From Catajapyx aquilonaris (lineage: Eukaryota), in NCBI GenBank assembly GCA_000934665.2, contig KZ538001.1, forward strand, positions 1 through 64,000: 64,000 nt of DNA, given 5' to 3'. The notes under the pieces are model-generated. The model searched no databases. It was not told the DNA's origin and worked only from the letters and a program-made list of their open reading frames with translations. Of this stretch, positions 52,135 through 64,000 are shown one piece after another. The translations under genes and the position numbers were made by a program. How positions within the stretch are numbered: position 1 is the first letter of the stretch; each line of letters opens with the position of its first letter.

Positions 52135-52530
52135 ACCGTGATATATAGAATCTATAGAAACGTATAGTCCCCAGGCAGTCGCACAGGGGTCCATGGGTGG
52201 CCTGTAGAATCAGCGTTTTCCATTGGCATAGGAATGGACCTAGATGTCCAATGTCCTTTCCAACTAAAACCACACCCTGTACTCCAATCAAGACTTTCCT
52301 ATCAGAAGTGGGTGAGCATGAGGCCGTGACGCCCCCAATCCCCTCGGACAATCTGCCACCCTCATATTTATTAATTCCCTGGGAAAAAGGTTCGCACCGT
52401 TTGCCCCGAACTAGTTTCTCTCGACCACTTCAGAACACAGGAGGTCAAGCAAGGAAGGGCCTGGGGCTGGGTCCATGTCTTGACTCGGAACTTTGTTACT
52501 AACTGAGCACGCACGTGAAACGTCCGGGCA
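52135..52530 (+). mobile_element. Decayed Penelope-like GIY-YIG fragment ending in a hammerhead-like remnant
   Basis: VIYRI; SVFHWHRNG..PMSF..HEAV; DNLPPSY; then CTGAGCA-CGCACGT-GAAACGTC at 52503-52524. Confidence 0.5.
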
Positions 52531-52939
52531 CTAAGGATCTGAACAAGTTGAGAGGCCTGTATTTTTTGAGGGGAAAGTAACTGCGCAAGGTGTGCATGCC
52601 AGTTGTTCCAGTTAGGTACGGTACAAAACTTTGATGCACCCTGAGGGCAGCATAGTATGGGGTATACGAGCCAGTGAGTTCCATACGGGTTATTCCCGCA
52701 TAAGCTATATAATGTATATTGAAAGCTTGGGAAATTGCAGTTTGGGAATTAAAGGGAAGTAGCCTAATATTAGCAGTTAATATTTTAATGTAACTTTTGA
52801 AAGTTCTGCTGTAAAATATTTATATAATAATTTAACCCAACTGATATACTTGTATGAGGTACAGCAGTTAGCATTATTACTAATCACAATCTATTAGCAT
52901 AGTTATTTGAACAAGTTGCTAGACATTGGAATTACACGA

Positions 52940-53222
52940 TTGCCCTGCGGTAGTGCACCTTGCAAATTCCGTCTCCTGTTTTCTTTCGCAAGTCATCTTG
53001 CAATATAATATTAGCTAAAGCCATGGTGACACACAGGAGCGTAATATCTGCAGGCACTGAAGGAACGTATATACTGTAGAACTCATCTCGCGTTTCTGAT
53101 ATGTACGGTAGGGAGCCGCCTCTAGGTAATAAGTAGCTTGCTACGTCTGAATTAGTAAAGCTGAAAGCAAATCGATTGAACAAGCTGCTTGAAGCGTACA
53201 TGTGACCGTGGTTTGATGTCAA
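52940..53222 (-). mobile_element. Decayed Penelope-like linker fragment
   Basis: SLPYISETRDEF and DDLRKKTGDGICKV. Confidence 0.4.
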
Positions 53223-55149
53223 GATGTAGACAGCGCGAGTTTGGGAAGAAGGTCATGCACTAGGGATATTCCGCGCGACGATTGAAATGCACCGGAACTT
53301 CTCGGAGGAATATTAACTCAGTTGTAACACGAACTTGTGCGCTATGCTCACTACTTACAAATTCTCTGTTCAACTTGGATGCAAATTGCTTCGAGGAACA
53401 CATGAGAGCGTGTTCGGAAGCTTGAAGCTACTTAGGGGGGGAGATGTGAACGACTCTGAGCTACCCTAGATCATTTTCTTAGACCTGCTTGCTCGTTTTG
53501 GGCTTAGGAAGCATAACTTGAAGCTAGATTGAAAATTAGCCACAATTCCTGGCCTAGGCCTATAAGGAGGTGTAAGAATCTGGTTGATGTAGTAGGCTTA
53601 GCACGACTCAGCTCATCGTGGTATAATGTATGGTTGGTACGAGAAATGCGACGATTCACCTGCTGGAAAATAAAGTAGAGCTTATATTTTGGTAAACAAG
53701 TCGGCACGCAGGCATGTTTACACAAGAGGGACTCCCACCATCAAAATGCGGGGCACCCTGAACTGATGATGAAGGAAATGGGGCGGAGATATGACAACAA
53801 TGACGCGCGAGATGGATTGCAGCAAATGATAATAATGGCATTTACCCTAATGCATTTTGCTGCCAGCATTTACGGCACTATGCGGAGCCTATATAAAGTA
53901 TTCCTTCATTATCGCGTTTGCCAACATGTTTGCAAATTATAGTAAGGTAGTGCTGTTGTGCAGTGCAAGTTATCCCTAATAGTCTGGGCACTCGTGCGAC
54001 TCTTGTTTACAAGATGTCCACAACAAATGAACCATTTAAGGCTTGTCCTGTCATTTCTTATTTATTATACTTGTAGACCCCAGGTCCGACACCCGACCCC
54101 CTCTCCCATATCCACGCCATCTTTTGACAAAACTGCCAACTCGCAACTAACCCCATCTTGTGGACGTGGAGGATGTCACAGTTGTAATTCCCTTACAACT
54201 GTGACATTCTCCACGTCCACAAGATGAAAATATGAGCAATATTTGTCAGTGGCCGGTACGGCTAGTAGACACTGTATTCAGAACGGAGGATGTGGATTCC
54301 GTGACTGCAATTGCAAGCTGGTGTGCAGCATTGACGTGCTCGACGGATGATGAAAAGAGAGGTGGACTCGCGCGGAGAATCCCGCCGTGGAAACCACGGG
54401 GCAGAAAACTAGCTTGTGGTCAGTGCTGGTTGGCCAAGCACGGCATCGGCAGAAGTACCAGGGACTTGCCTGCGCAACCGCTATCGTAAGGCTTGAAGGC
54501 ACTCATCCACCGCTTTTCTCAAAACAGCGCAAATAGGTGCAAGGGCTTGTTGCGGTTGCGATCCTGATCAGGCAACTTGGTTCGGATCAGCGTATCCCTG
54601 CTTCACAGCCAGATGGCGGACACCTTACGGGGTGTTTTGGGGGGTAACGGGTAGCCGAGTTGCAAACCTATCTTGGTTGTCTTGCACCACTTGCGGGGAT
54701 GATTTATTAATGACTGCTCATTTTGATCAAGTAGTACCGGGAGTGGTTCATATGGCCCCCTTGTCTAGCCCAATTCCGAGCGCCGTGTTTACATCGTGCA
54801 TGTACAGTACTGCATCAGTACATGCACCCCTCGGCTATAAATTGGGGGAGCCTATTGGGCGACAAGGGTTGCATGTTACACCACCCAGCACGGGTTTGAA
54901 AAAAAAATTTAATTGAAAAATGTAAATAAGGGCACCGCTGTTTTCACCCGCCATTTTTCACGTCAGGAGGGTATATACTAGCAAATGTGTCCATAACAGA
55001 CCAGAGATGAGACACTAAATTGTCCCATTACGGTATATTTTGTCTTTACTATCAGGAATGAAGTGAAATCACTTTGCAATATTTCTTTTATTGTATGGTA
55101 AGCATTAAGCAATGACTGCAAGTAAAATGCTGTCTGTGGTGGTACTTGA

Positions 55150-56200
55150 CAAGGAGGATAAAAATAAATAAGAGGTGATTCCCGTTTTATTGGCGCCGTT
55201 GCCATGTCGGTGGTTAAAAACAACATGGCTGGTAGAGGAAAAGTCAGCTGCGTTTGTAGGCCATAATGACTGCAAAGAGCACTTTTCAGTACCACTGGGG
55301 TCTGCCCTTTGCATAAGATATAACCTCCTGATGGAACTCCAGATGAGCGCATACACTGTTTTTTTCTGTTAAAACACGAAACGTACTGTCATCATGCTAT
55401 TTCTACTTAAATTCAGCCGTCCGGAAACTTGTTGTAATTATATTTGTTTGTCTGACTCAAGTACTGTGAGGTTCCCAGAAGGAGCCAAAGCTCCTTTCCG
55501 ACCTCTCTGTTATTCTACGCTATATTAAATGTAGTGCCGAGTTTTAAATACAGTGTAACTGCGCCTCGCCTGTCTCTGAAAGCCACTCCGAGGAGGATCA
55601 TTCTCCATTTTCCTAATGGAATATCATATTATTCAAAATCGAGTCCTTCGAAGCGTGCTAGGTAGCGAGATACCCAGTGTCACAGTGGCAGGACGCCCTG
55701 CCTGAAACAGAGCCAGGGATCAAACAGCGGAACTTTCCTCTTAATAGGAGATGGCAAAATCATCAGTCTGAAGCGAGGTAATCCATTTTGCAAGTACTCC
55801 TTCCTCCGCACTTGTCTACAAACAAAATCATTAGCCCGGAAGGGACTCCACCTGCCAGCTAGTGGAGCATATCTAAAATTCATTGGCAGAACAACACACT
55901 GCTGGTATAATTATGCCATTCTCCAGCTCTTGATAGGAAGCTGCGTGCACTGTAAATATCCTGGGCAAATTGACTTTGATGCAACCTAATTACTCCAAAT
56001 GTGTAACTGTAACAGCACCAAGGCAGATCGGTGTGCCGTACCGTATGGCTGGGAGGCTTTGAAAGCATTGGGAAGTTTCTCCTAGGGGATTTTGGTTGAC
56101 GCCGAGCCCTTCTGTAATCAAGCACGACAGCTGATGCATGGGACCTCACGTCACACCAGGTGCAATAATGGAATTTCATCCGGATTCTTAGCGGTTTCAA
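55150..56200 (-). mobile_element. Decayed Penelope-like RT C-terminus plus GIY-YIG
   Basis: KPPSHT; YLQNGLPR; KTVYALIW; GQTPVVLKSALCSH; IKRESPLI, in the expected order. Confidence 0.45.
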
Positions 56201-56949
56201 CATGGCTTTTTATCCTATTATACCTACATTGCCTGGAAGGGAGGGAACACGTAAGAGGACAGGGCAGTGGCGCGTGTCCGAATAAGTAGGACAGGTGAGT
56301 CAGCCGAAGAAAAACCGACCTTTTTTTTACAAGGTGGCATCATAGCTGACTTCCTCTCCTTTGGTGGTGGGAGTGTACTGTTACTCGGTTGATTGGGCCG
56401 CCTTTGTTCTATCTGATTTGTTTAGCAATAAATGGGACGCAGTTTGTGTCAACTTTAATGCTGGAAGACTTGCTGCAGTGGTAAACAGTTGACTCGTGGA
56501 GACTACTCAGCCGTGCCGGTGCCTAAATATTTGCATGCATTTTGAGCGATGCATCAGCTATACCATTATTAGATCAATATTAGTTGTTTGGAGATAGGTA
56601 ATACTGCAGTGCTGTTGGTTAGCGTTTTCCCCCCGTCATTCTTTTGTTGATGCGAAGTTAGAAGATGGTGTTTGTCACCGATACACATTACAGCGTGGTG
56701 TCAACCTATGCTGATGGCTTTTTTGAGTCGCTGTGACATGTAATAGCCCTGTGTTTACAGCCAGAATCATGCAAAAAGAGCTGGCAATGAGGCCGCTGGG
56801 GGTACGCCGCGAAGAAAGATGTGTAATTATAACGGGAAAAACATGGGTAGAAGACAGTGAGGTACCCCGGCATGCAGAAGGAAAACAGCTGGAGGAAAGC
56901 TGGCTTGTTGAATAGCCGGCAAGAGCTGGCGGGGAACCATTACCGTGTT

Positions 56950-57170
56950 ATTAGTGTATGCTGAATGAAGCGGTGCATCACCATGCTGGCTGAGGGAAAT
57001 GAATGCTTTCTTGCCTGGATCTGAATGGTGGTAGGGAATGGCTTCAAGGATGCAGGCCGAACCTGGATTTTTTTTATATTTATTTGCCAGGTTGGCAGGG
57101 AATGAGAGTGGGAAAACTGACTCAGTTCCCACGAAAATCCCTGGACTGTTAACCAAAGCTACCATAATAT
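56950..57170 (-). mobile_element. Decayed Penelope-like RT thumb fragment
   Basis: LVNSPGIFVGTESVFPLSF..KYKKNP..YHHSDPGKKAFISL. Confidence 0.5.
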
Positions 57171-57799
57171 AATTATGTGCTTGGGGGCTTGCAACCATTG
57201 CGGCACAAATGGCCAGAGCAGGCGCTAGAATCCAGCCCTAGTCTGCAATTTATAATTAGGCGATGCTGATGTCGCAAAGGTGGCCCAAGTGGCCCAAAAT
57301 AGTTAGGGCTCCCAACTTATAAAAAGCAAAGTAGGCGAGTAGTGGGTTGACTGGTAATCAAAGGGAACGAGAGGGGCTTTTTGGGGCAAAGTCTCGCATG
57401 GTTCAAGTCGGAGGCTTGCAGTGTTAGCATGTGCAGCCAGGATTCTATTTGGATCCTCCTCAGGGCACGTGCAGGCTCAGCAAACTGTCCTACTCAATCC
57501 CAATCCACGAATGCGATTTGGCTCCCCTGGCACTGTCTAGAACCTATTTGTGGTCCTTGTCCACTGCCTATTTTAGACACCTCGAGGCCGCATTTCTTGA
57601 ACCAGCTCGTATGATGATGACACGTGATTGCGGTTGTGATTTGGTATAGTTTATAGGCTATATACCGGAAGGAGGATGTTGAACCACAACTGCCAAGTGT
57701 GACAAGTTTTGGCTCCGATGAGGTTTTATAGGCTCGAAATCATGCAGCGTCAGATAAACGAGGTCCTTGGCATGGGTTCAAGATGGCGCATCACGTAGG

Positions 57800-59385
57800 A
57801 AAAGCCCTGACAGGAAGAGGTTTGATACTCGTGTATAAGGCCGCAACGTTGTAGCCGACACACTAACTTAATAATGAATATGGCAACCGAGTATAAAAGG
57901 ATGAGGAAGTGATGCGGGCACTTTGATGAGTGCGTAACAATGCATGGCACATATCTCGAGGGACAAGGCGCGAATGACTGTTGACTGTTGAGCGGATTTG
58001 GATTGACCAGGCCCCTCCGTTTCCCTATATACCGGATCCCTTTTGGTTTGCCATTCCACCTGCCAAACTGCATGATGGAATATGCATGTAATATCATAAT
58101 GCAGCGGGAGGAGCTATTTAGTTTGCCCCGTTGCCATTTCTCGTATCTAATTACCCCGTGATTTGCAGGTCCCCCGTAACAATTTTTAAGCGCTTAATTG
58201 CATTGGGATATTAAACAAAGCCCTACTTGCTTTGTGTACGGTTTGGCTCATTACAAGCACCACTTGGCAAGCAAACCTATGCAGCATGCGGGGAGAGCAG
58301 GAAGGGACGTGCAAAGTGCGCTGCATTATTATAGGATATTATACAAGTAGGTATGTGTAAAGTGATGAGCAATCATACTCGAGTGTGCGTGCATGCGTGT
58401 GCCGGACTAACTTTTTCATTGGAGTCTGTTTATCTGGAAGGAAAGAGAGCGCGTTGTTTCTGTTGCTTGTCCTGTATACAAATATAGCAGCCCCCATGCG
58501 TTCCGCTCGCCTGGAATAGAAACGGGTGTGTAAAAATAAAAGTTGGCTCCGTTTTTTTGGACATGGCTCACCTCCCAAAAATTTAGGCCGATGCTTCCAG
58601 CAAGTCCTGATTCCTCTGATCAGGATGCGCAAACTAATTTGGAAGGCGCTTGTACACACATAGCATGGGCAAGTCAGCCGAGGCAATATTCCCATCCCTA
58701 GAAGCTTGAAGAGACGTCAGCGACGACACTAAAAGGCTTTGCTGCCAAATAGCAGCCAGCTGATCAGTGCCTGATCCTGTCGAGGAAAATGGCTGCCGGT
58801 GATTGCCATCGTCCGGATAACTCTTGGAAGCCTCCTGCCCCATCTTGGACAAATTTTCCGGGCTTACAGGCGTTCATGACCGGACTTGAGATTGAGGACA
58901 AAACGGGGCCAATAGTTTCTTTGCAGCGGAAAAATACCCCCTGCTCATCATTCTGGTGGAAGCAGCTTGCACCATATTGCACTTCCATGTACGTATAGTC
59001 TTGGCGGAACCGGCCTTCCTCGTGACGTTTTTCTCACACTGCCTACCTGTCTGATCATCATAATTAGAATACGCCAGATCAGAACATGTCTGATGAACAT
59101 GTTAGCTGGCAGGTTCATAGGGTGTGTGCGCTAGTATTGGTCCTCTGGCCAGCGGCATCAGGCAGAAGTGCAGTCGAGTCACGCAACGGCCAGCTGGTCG
59201 AGTGACCGGCGTCCGCTGCGGTCCCGGTGCCGCCCAAATGGACAAAGTTTATTGAATATATTCAGACAAGGGACGTCGAGTGCAATTGTGCATATGCCGC
59301 TCGTGTCGTTTGCCTGCGCCGCCCTACTCGTTTGCACTGGCGGACGCGGAATTCGGGATAAAACTCCGGCACTAACACGAACCAT
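57800..59385 (-). mobile_element. Long decayed Penelope-like element (RT plus GIY-YIG)
   Basis: Ordered motifs: VLSRIPRPPV..IALDVPCL; VQYGASCFHQ..GPVLSSI; SYPDD; RDGNIASADL..VYKRLP; LRILIRGIRTC; RYIG(K/E). Confidence 0.6.
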
Positions 59386-59929
59386 TACTTAATCCTCACA
59401 CTACTATATGGTGAACTAGCTGCCTCTGCTGCGTGTGTGGGCCTATACTGCCCCCAAAATGCCTGGTTCTATTTTTTTGTTTGCTTGTGTACAGGACATT
59501 AAGCGTGAGATGTTCAGCTTGAAATGCACGTAGTGTTGCAGTAGGGTCGTGACTTGCGGTACATCGGGTAGTGCATGTTGTGAACATGGAAACGTGATCG
59601 TATGCGGGCGGAAGCATATCAGTAGCGGCACATTGGTGTCGTTGCATCACACCACTTTTACCGCGCGCTTGTCATCCCAATAATGAGGTCAATATTGCCT
59701 GGAGTATTATGATATTGACCATCAGATTATTAGCGAACAGGCAGGTACCCCCTGAATCTCGTCTGCCGGATAGGGCTGGATGGATGCAATGAAGCACACA
59801 TGCGGACTAGACACAAAATGTATGATTTAAAGCCGCACATGCGTCGCCAATCCAACTAAAGGAAGAGTGTTTGGACCAGCATAGACAGTCCATTAGCAGG
59901 AAATGAGCGATGCCGATAGTGGTCCATGA

Positions 59930-60420
59930 CGGCGATGATTATGATAGGATTTGAATGTCGATTATCTGGATGCGGAGAGCCGAAGGAAATCCCCGCAGAG
60001 GCTGGATGCTGGTCCGCGGAAATTCGCAAACATGCACTCTGCAGCAGGCGGCCTAATAATTCTCCTTATCTGGAAGCGCGCGACTTTCAGGATGGATGTG
60101 TTCCCCGAGTCCCCATTTCAAAGTCCCTGCTGCCAAAGAGCACAGCATAGAGAGTGGTGATAACTCCGGATAGATTGACGTAATCTGGGCCGCCTGAACG
60201 ATGCCGAGTTGAACAACCTGCAGCGACTTAATCTCACTTCGTACACAAAGAAGGATGATGCGCCCTGGATAAATTTGTTAGCAGAGTCAACATGGATGCG
60301 CCCGTGAGTAAGGCCGCTCGTAAATAGGCTTCCTGGTGGCAGCACACGACGACGACGAAAAGGATCTTTGCCAATCCTGGAGACGGTGTGCTTGCTCAAG
60401 GCGATGGATTTAATGATCGA
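59930..60420 (+). mobile_element. RTE-like LINE 3' remnant
   Basis: DAELNNLQRLNLTSYTKK..W, FVSRVNMDAPVSK and LPGGSTRRR resemble the RTE C-terminal N.EL..LY..I...IK.RR..W.GH..RM...G.R.RGRP. Confidence 0.5.
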
Positions 60421-61150
60421 GCTCTATAAACATTCCAACATGGCCAGCCTTCTCATTACTCGCCTTGTTGAACTAGTCGCCAAACAGTATGGATTCCGGT
60501 CCGCCATGTTGACTCTGGTGCTGCCACCTGCCTGATTTTAATTGTGGAAATACACCAACTTAAAAAAATGGGGGGTCTGCCCTTTTGCAATAAGTGAAAT
60601 AAGTTCTTATCCGCATTTCCATGGCGTGCTTACATCCACTTGGAGGGCCATATGGAAATCCTAAGGCGAACGTATTATGCCGTCTTCCATATAAAAAGTG
60701 CTTATTGCCGGATGTAAAGTGGGTGGCAGGCTTGATGAAGCAGTGCAGCTGAAGTGAAAAGTAAGCCGGGGCTAGCGGAAAATGAGATGAAAAAAAGGAA
60801 AGAATAAGAAGCACAAGAAGAAGAAGGGAGAGAGAAAAAAACTGAAATGGCAGCTCTTACCTTCGAAGTGAAATGCAGGACATAAGACTGGAAATGAAGT
60901 AATGAAGGCGAAGTTGATTGCCCAACTTTGGTAAAGCGTTGGAACCAAAAAAGAGGTGAATCATTCTGCAGGAGTTTGCGACGGTGCCTGCACTAAATTG
61001 AAAATTCCTGCACTTGGGGAAGAAAATGACGACTTGTGAAATTCTTTGGCAGTGACGAAAAGTCATGTCAACTTCCGTCGAGAGCGGAATGGGAGTTTTC
61101 GGCCTTGATTGGAAGGGGCGGTGGCCAATTCATTGGAGAATTCTGCAGGG

Positions 61151-61182
61151 GGAAGGAAGGAAGGAAGGAAGGAAGGAAGGAA
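61151..61182. repeat. (GGAA)n microsatellite
   Basis: Direct reading of the sequence. Confidence 0.9.
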
Positions 61183-61499
61183 GAGGGAGGAGGGGAGTCT
61201 CCGAGAAAGAAAAAAAAAAGTTGGCTCATTGCTTCTGGCTGTGGGGTGTCTCGCTTGTTGGACACAATACGGGCTCGTCGTGTCGGGCGTTGATGCGAGG
61301 ATGACACATGTCGATGCGGGTTGACAAAGTGCCGTCCTTCATCCCCGTCAAGGGGAATGCGGCCTAAGATGGATGGGGAAGCCCAATATCCAAGCAGGCT
61401 CGAATTTTCCTAGCAGATGATTACGACCACCCTAATTGGAATACGGTACTGCAATATGTTGACCGTATAACTACAATCAAATAGATTGTGCTGATTCGC

Positions 61500-61965
61500 T
61501 ATCAGGAATTGATATAGTTTCTTCCCAGATATTCTGCATCAAGCTGAGTGACAGTATATAGGGCTGACAGAAAGCAGATGGAAATTGGCGTATCTGGCTG
61601 CTTAACCTCATAACCTCTGGCTGTCCTTGAGTGTCCATATTCAATTTCAATTGAAAAAAATGCGCCAATTCTATGTTCTAGTCATGGAAGAACATGTGTA
61701 AATGAGGATTGTGGCACTTGTAGACCTGTTCCAACCACTGTATAAAATATAGGCTGGCCCGAGTCAATAGCAGGGTCGGAAAAAGCCCCCGATTCAAACA
61801 CTAGCACGAGTAGTGCGTCCCCCATGTAACATAAATAAGGATTTTCTCCAAACCACTTTCAAGTGGGATCCCACTTAGCAACTAATCCCCTGATGCAGAC
61901 TTACTGAACTCGGGGGCCCCTGATGAGGATCAGTATTAGCGTCCGAGTCAACTAGTTGTAGCCCT
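61500..61965 (+). mobile_element. Decayed Penelope-like GIY-YIG plus type I hammerhead-like remnant
   Basis: QIFC..; YIGLTESRWK (61555); FYVLVMEEHV*MRIV; FQPL; then CTGATGA-GGA..TCC-GAGT-CAACTAGTTG-TA at 61920-61960. Confidence 0.55.
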
Positions 61966-63559
61966 AGAAGGTAATGACTATTTAAATTATTCCGAGAGTG
62001 TGCCGCTCTTCCTAAGGTGCAAGGACGCAATTCTTGGGGTCATGCATAATCCGCAACCAGTTGAGCCCGCTGGGTTCACACCATCAACATGGCTGTATAA
62101 TACACGTGAGAATTGGGATAATTATTCTGGTTTAGTACGCAGCACGGTTTGGGAATCGGCGAGGGTAACCGATTGCTGGATATTATTATAATAAGTGCGC
62201 GTTCTTGACTCCGTGTCCGAAAAGGAATGGAGGGGGCTAAAGGTAATCCACGTATTAGTGTAGATGTGAATTCTGGGGTGAGAAGCTCTCATCTGAGTTG
62301 GAAATTTCCGAGAGGGCGGAGTAAGCTGCGAGGTAGCGGAGGGGATTCACGCAGCGCCGACTTTCTCATGGAAATCGTAGGGTCATGCCGCGGGGCTTGG
62401 ATGATGAGAAAGGAGGTGGAGGAGGAGGAGGCCAAAAGGGGGTGGCTGGGAGAATTACGGCCATAGGAAGCCTGCGATCAGCTCTCTTGGAAGGTCACTA
62501 CTGACACCTGCTGTACCGGAAACTTGTCGCTCTGACTCATTTCTCAACGGACAGGCACTTCTTAATTTGATACGTGACGTAGGACGTTCAAAGTGAGGTA
62601 GGATAGTGCCTGATATGTGACAGACAGAGGATATTGACAAAAAAAACGATTTTCAATGTCAATCGTGCAAAAATATCTAAAAATAATCGATATTAATTAA
62701 TCGATAATTTGCGAAAAATTGGCGAATTGAACAGACTGCAGCGTTAACTATTTGGCCATGTTACTGCAGTACTGCAGTAAATTGTACTGGAACAGGGGAA
62801 CAAGCAAAGCGTGATCGAAAAATCCTGGGATTCACGCTAACCAATGAACAATGCGTTGGCGTTTAGTTGAATGAAGTTATTTGAAGTGTCCGTCAATTCT
62901 GTGCTGCTGTGTATGGGGGGATGGAGGGGGAAGGGAGAGAGGGAGGTCAACGCATCCCGCAGTCGGCATTAGAACACTGCGGCTGAGGCACGATAATCAC
63001 ATGGCCATGTTAGAGCCCTGAATTGCTGCTCCCAAAGGGCTCGCCATTTAGTCTATACACCTAGCACCAAAAGTACCTCCCCTCCCCTGCTGGCCGGCGA
63101 ATACATGCATAGCCAATTTTCCATTACTCATTGTTGCACGGGGTCGTACAGAGCAGGAGGCAGACACCCATGCACAGAGTGAGGACCCCCACTATTTCAG
63201 GCCTGGCTATCACCGGACGGGGTAAGGCCCCGACCCGCATCCGGCATGGATTATTGACAGACGGAACAATCGACACATTGCCGCCGCGTTATTGCGGTTC
63301 ACTCGGGATGCCCGGCAAGGATCAATGGGTCATCACCTGATCATAATGGGCCGGCCTGTCACCTGCCTTCAACCCACACTGGACATGTGTTTTCTGGGGG
63401 AATACGGACTGAATTGTCTGATTTAAGCAGCTGTTCTGGTTCATTAACACCCTGCTGTTCATCCCTTTCAGATCTAATCTGTGTTGAAGAGTAGGGTACA
63501 AGTGTTGTGACAAGCTGCCACCCACACTGCACGTTTGATAATTGTACAGTATTTTGAAG

Positions 63560-63637
63560 GAAATATACTCTATTTATCGCTATTTATCGCGGAACCCCTG
63601 GCGATTGTTCGCGGAACCCCGGTTGAGATGTGTACTC
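63560..63637. mobile_element. hAT-type terminal remnant
   Basis: CGCGGAACCCCTG..TTCGCGGAACCCCGGTTGAGA resembles hAT/Charlie-like MITE ends (CAGTGTTTCTCAACC..GGTTCCGCG). Confidence 0.5.
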
Positions 63638-64000
63638 ATGTTTAGTAGTTTGGGCAGATCTTTAAAGCCATCTTTTGACCAGGTATAACTCCCGGACGTA
63701 CAGTAGAGAAGGAATGACGTCCTTATGTGATTGGCCGAGTACGTAGTATAGAGTAGGTTACGATCTAGAAAGGACATTTAAGTGAAGTACCCGGGCCATA
63801 GTGGAGTCTCCTGTAGATGGCGTAATAGGCCAAAGTAACAGCAGTTGATAGGATAATAGCCCTAGGAAAAGGGAGGGAAGAGAGGAGGGCAGTGGAGCGC
63901 ATGAGTGTCCTGTGACAAGTCCGAGTCTAGGGAGTTGACCGTTTATGGGGCACTTCCTGCGGTCGTGTTTTGGGTGAGATCATGGAATTCGGAATATCTG

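Noticed and set aside
62761..62780. 20-bp palindrome TTACTGCAGTACTGCAGTAA
   Set aside because: Explained by a short duplication of a self-complementary 8-mer unit; no supporting context.
1..64000. CRISPR array, operons or prokaryotic defence system
   Set aside because: No regularly spaced repeat-spacer array and no gene-dense coding; the sequence is eukaryotic intronic and intergenic DNA.

Overview
Eukaryotic, probably invertebrate-animal genomic DNA. I found no prokaryotic genes, rRNA, true tRNA or CRISPR array, and almost all ORF-track entries are spurious or decayed transposon pieces. The window appears to hold the 5' end of one large + strand gene for a secreted or cell-surface protein. 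It has a GC-rich promoter with a TCAGT initiator (~6571), coding exon 1 (6742-6811, signal peptide), a ~37.8-kb intron, and a 40-nt exon 2 (44613-44652). Spliced, these read MRLWIITRDFPVVLLLTCLLLLKGTFG/ATWHRPDDVR, and the gene continues beyond the window. Exon 2 begins AG|GTACGT, the signature of a recursive splice site. The rest is transposon-derived: tRNA-derived SINEs that swap modules, CAGGGTG-ended Tc1/mariner-type MITEs and foldbacks, a TTAA-flanked Kolobok-type element, RTE-like LINE scraps, and about 20 heavily decayed Penelope-like (RT/GIY-YIG) fragments, several ending in hammerhead-ribozyme-like remnants. All protein-family calls are by eye from degenerate motifs and need HMM confirmation. 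I could not establish a new biological system. The best leads are the recursive-splice-like microexon, the Penelope/hammerhead debris, an unexplained ORF island at 18.5-19.9 kb and two near-perfect hairpins.
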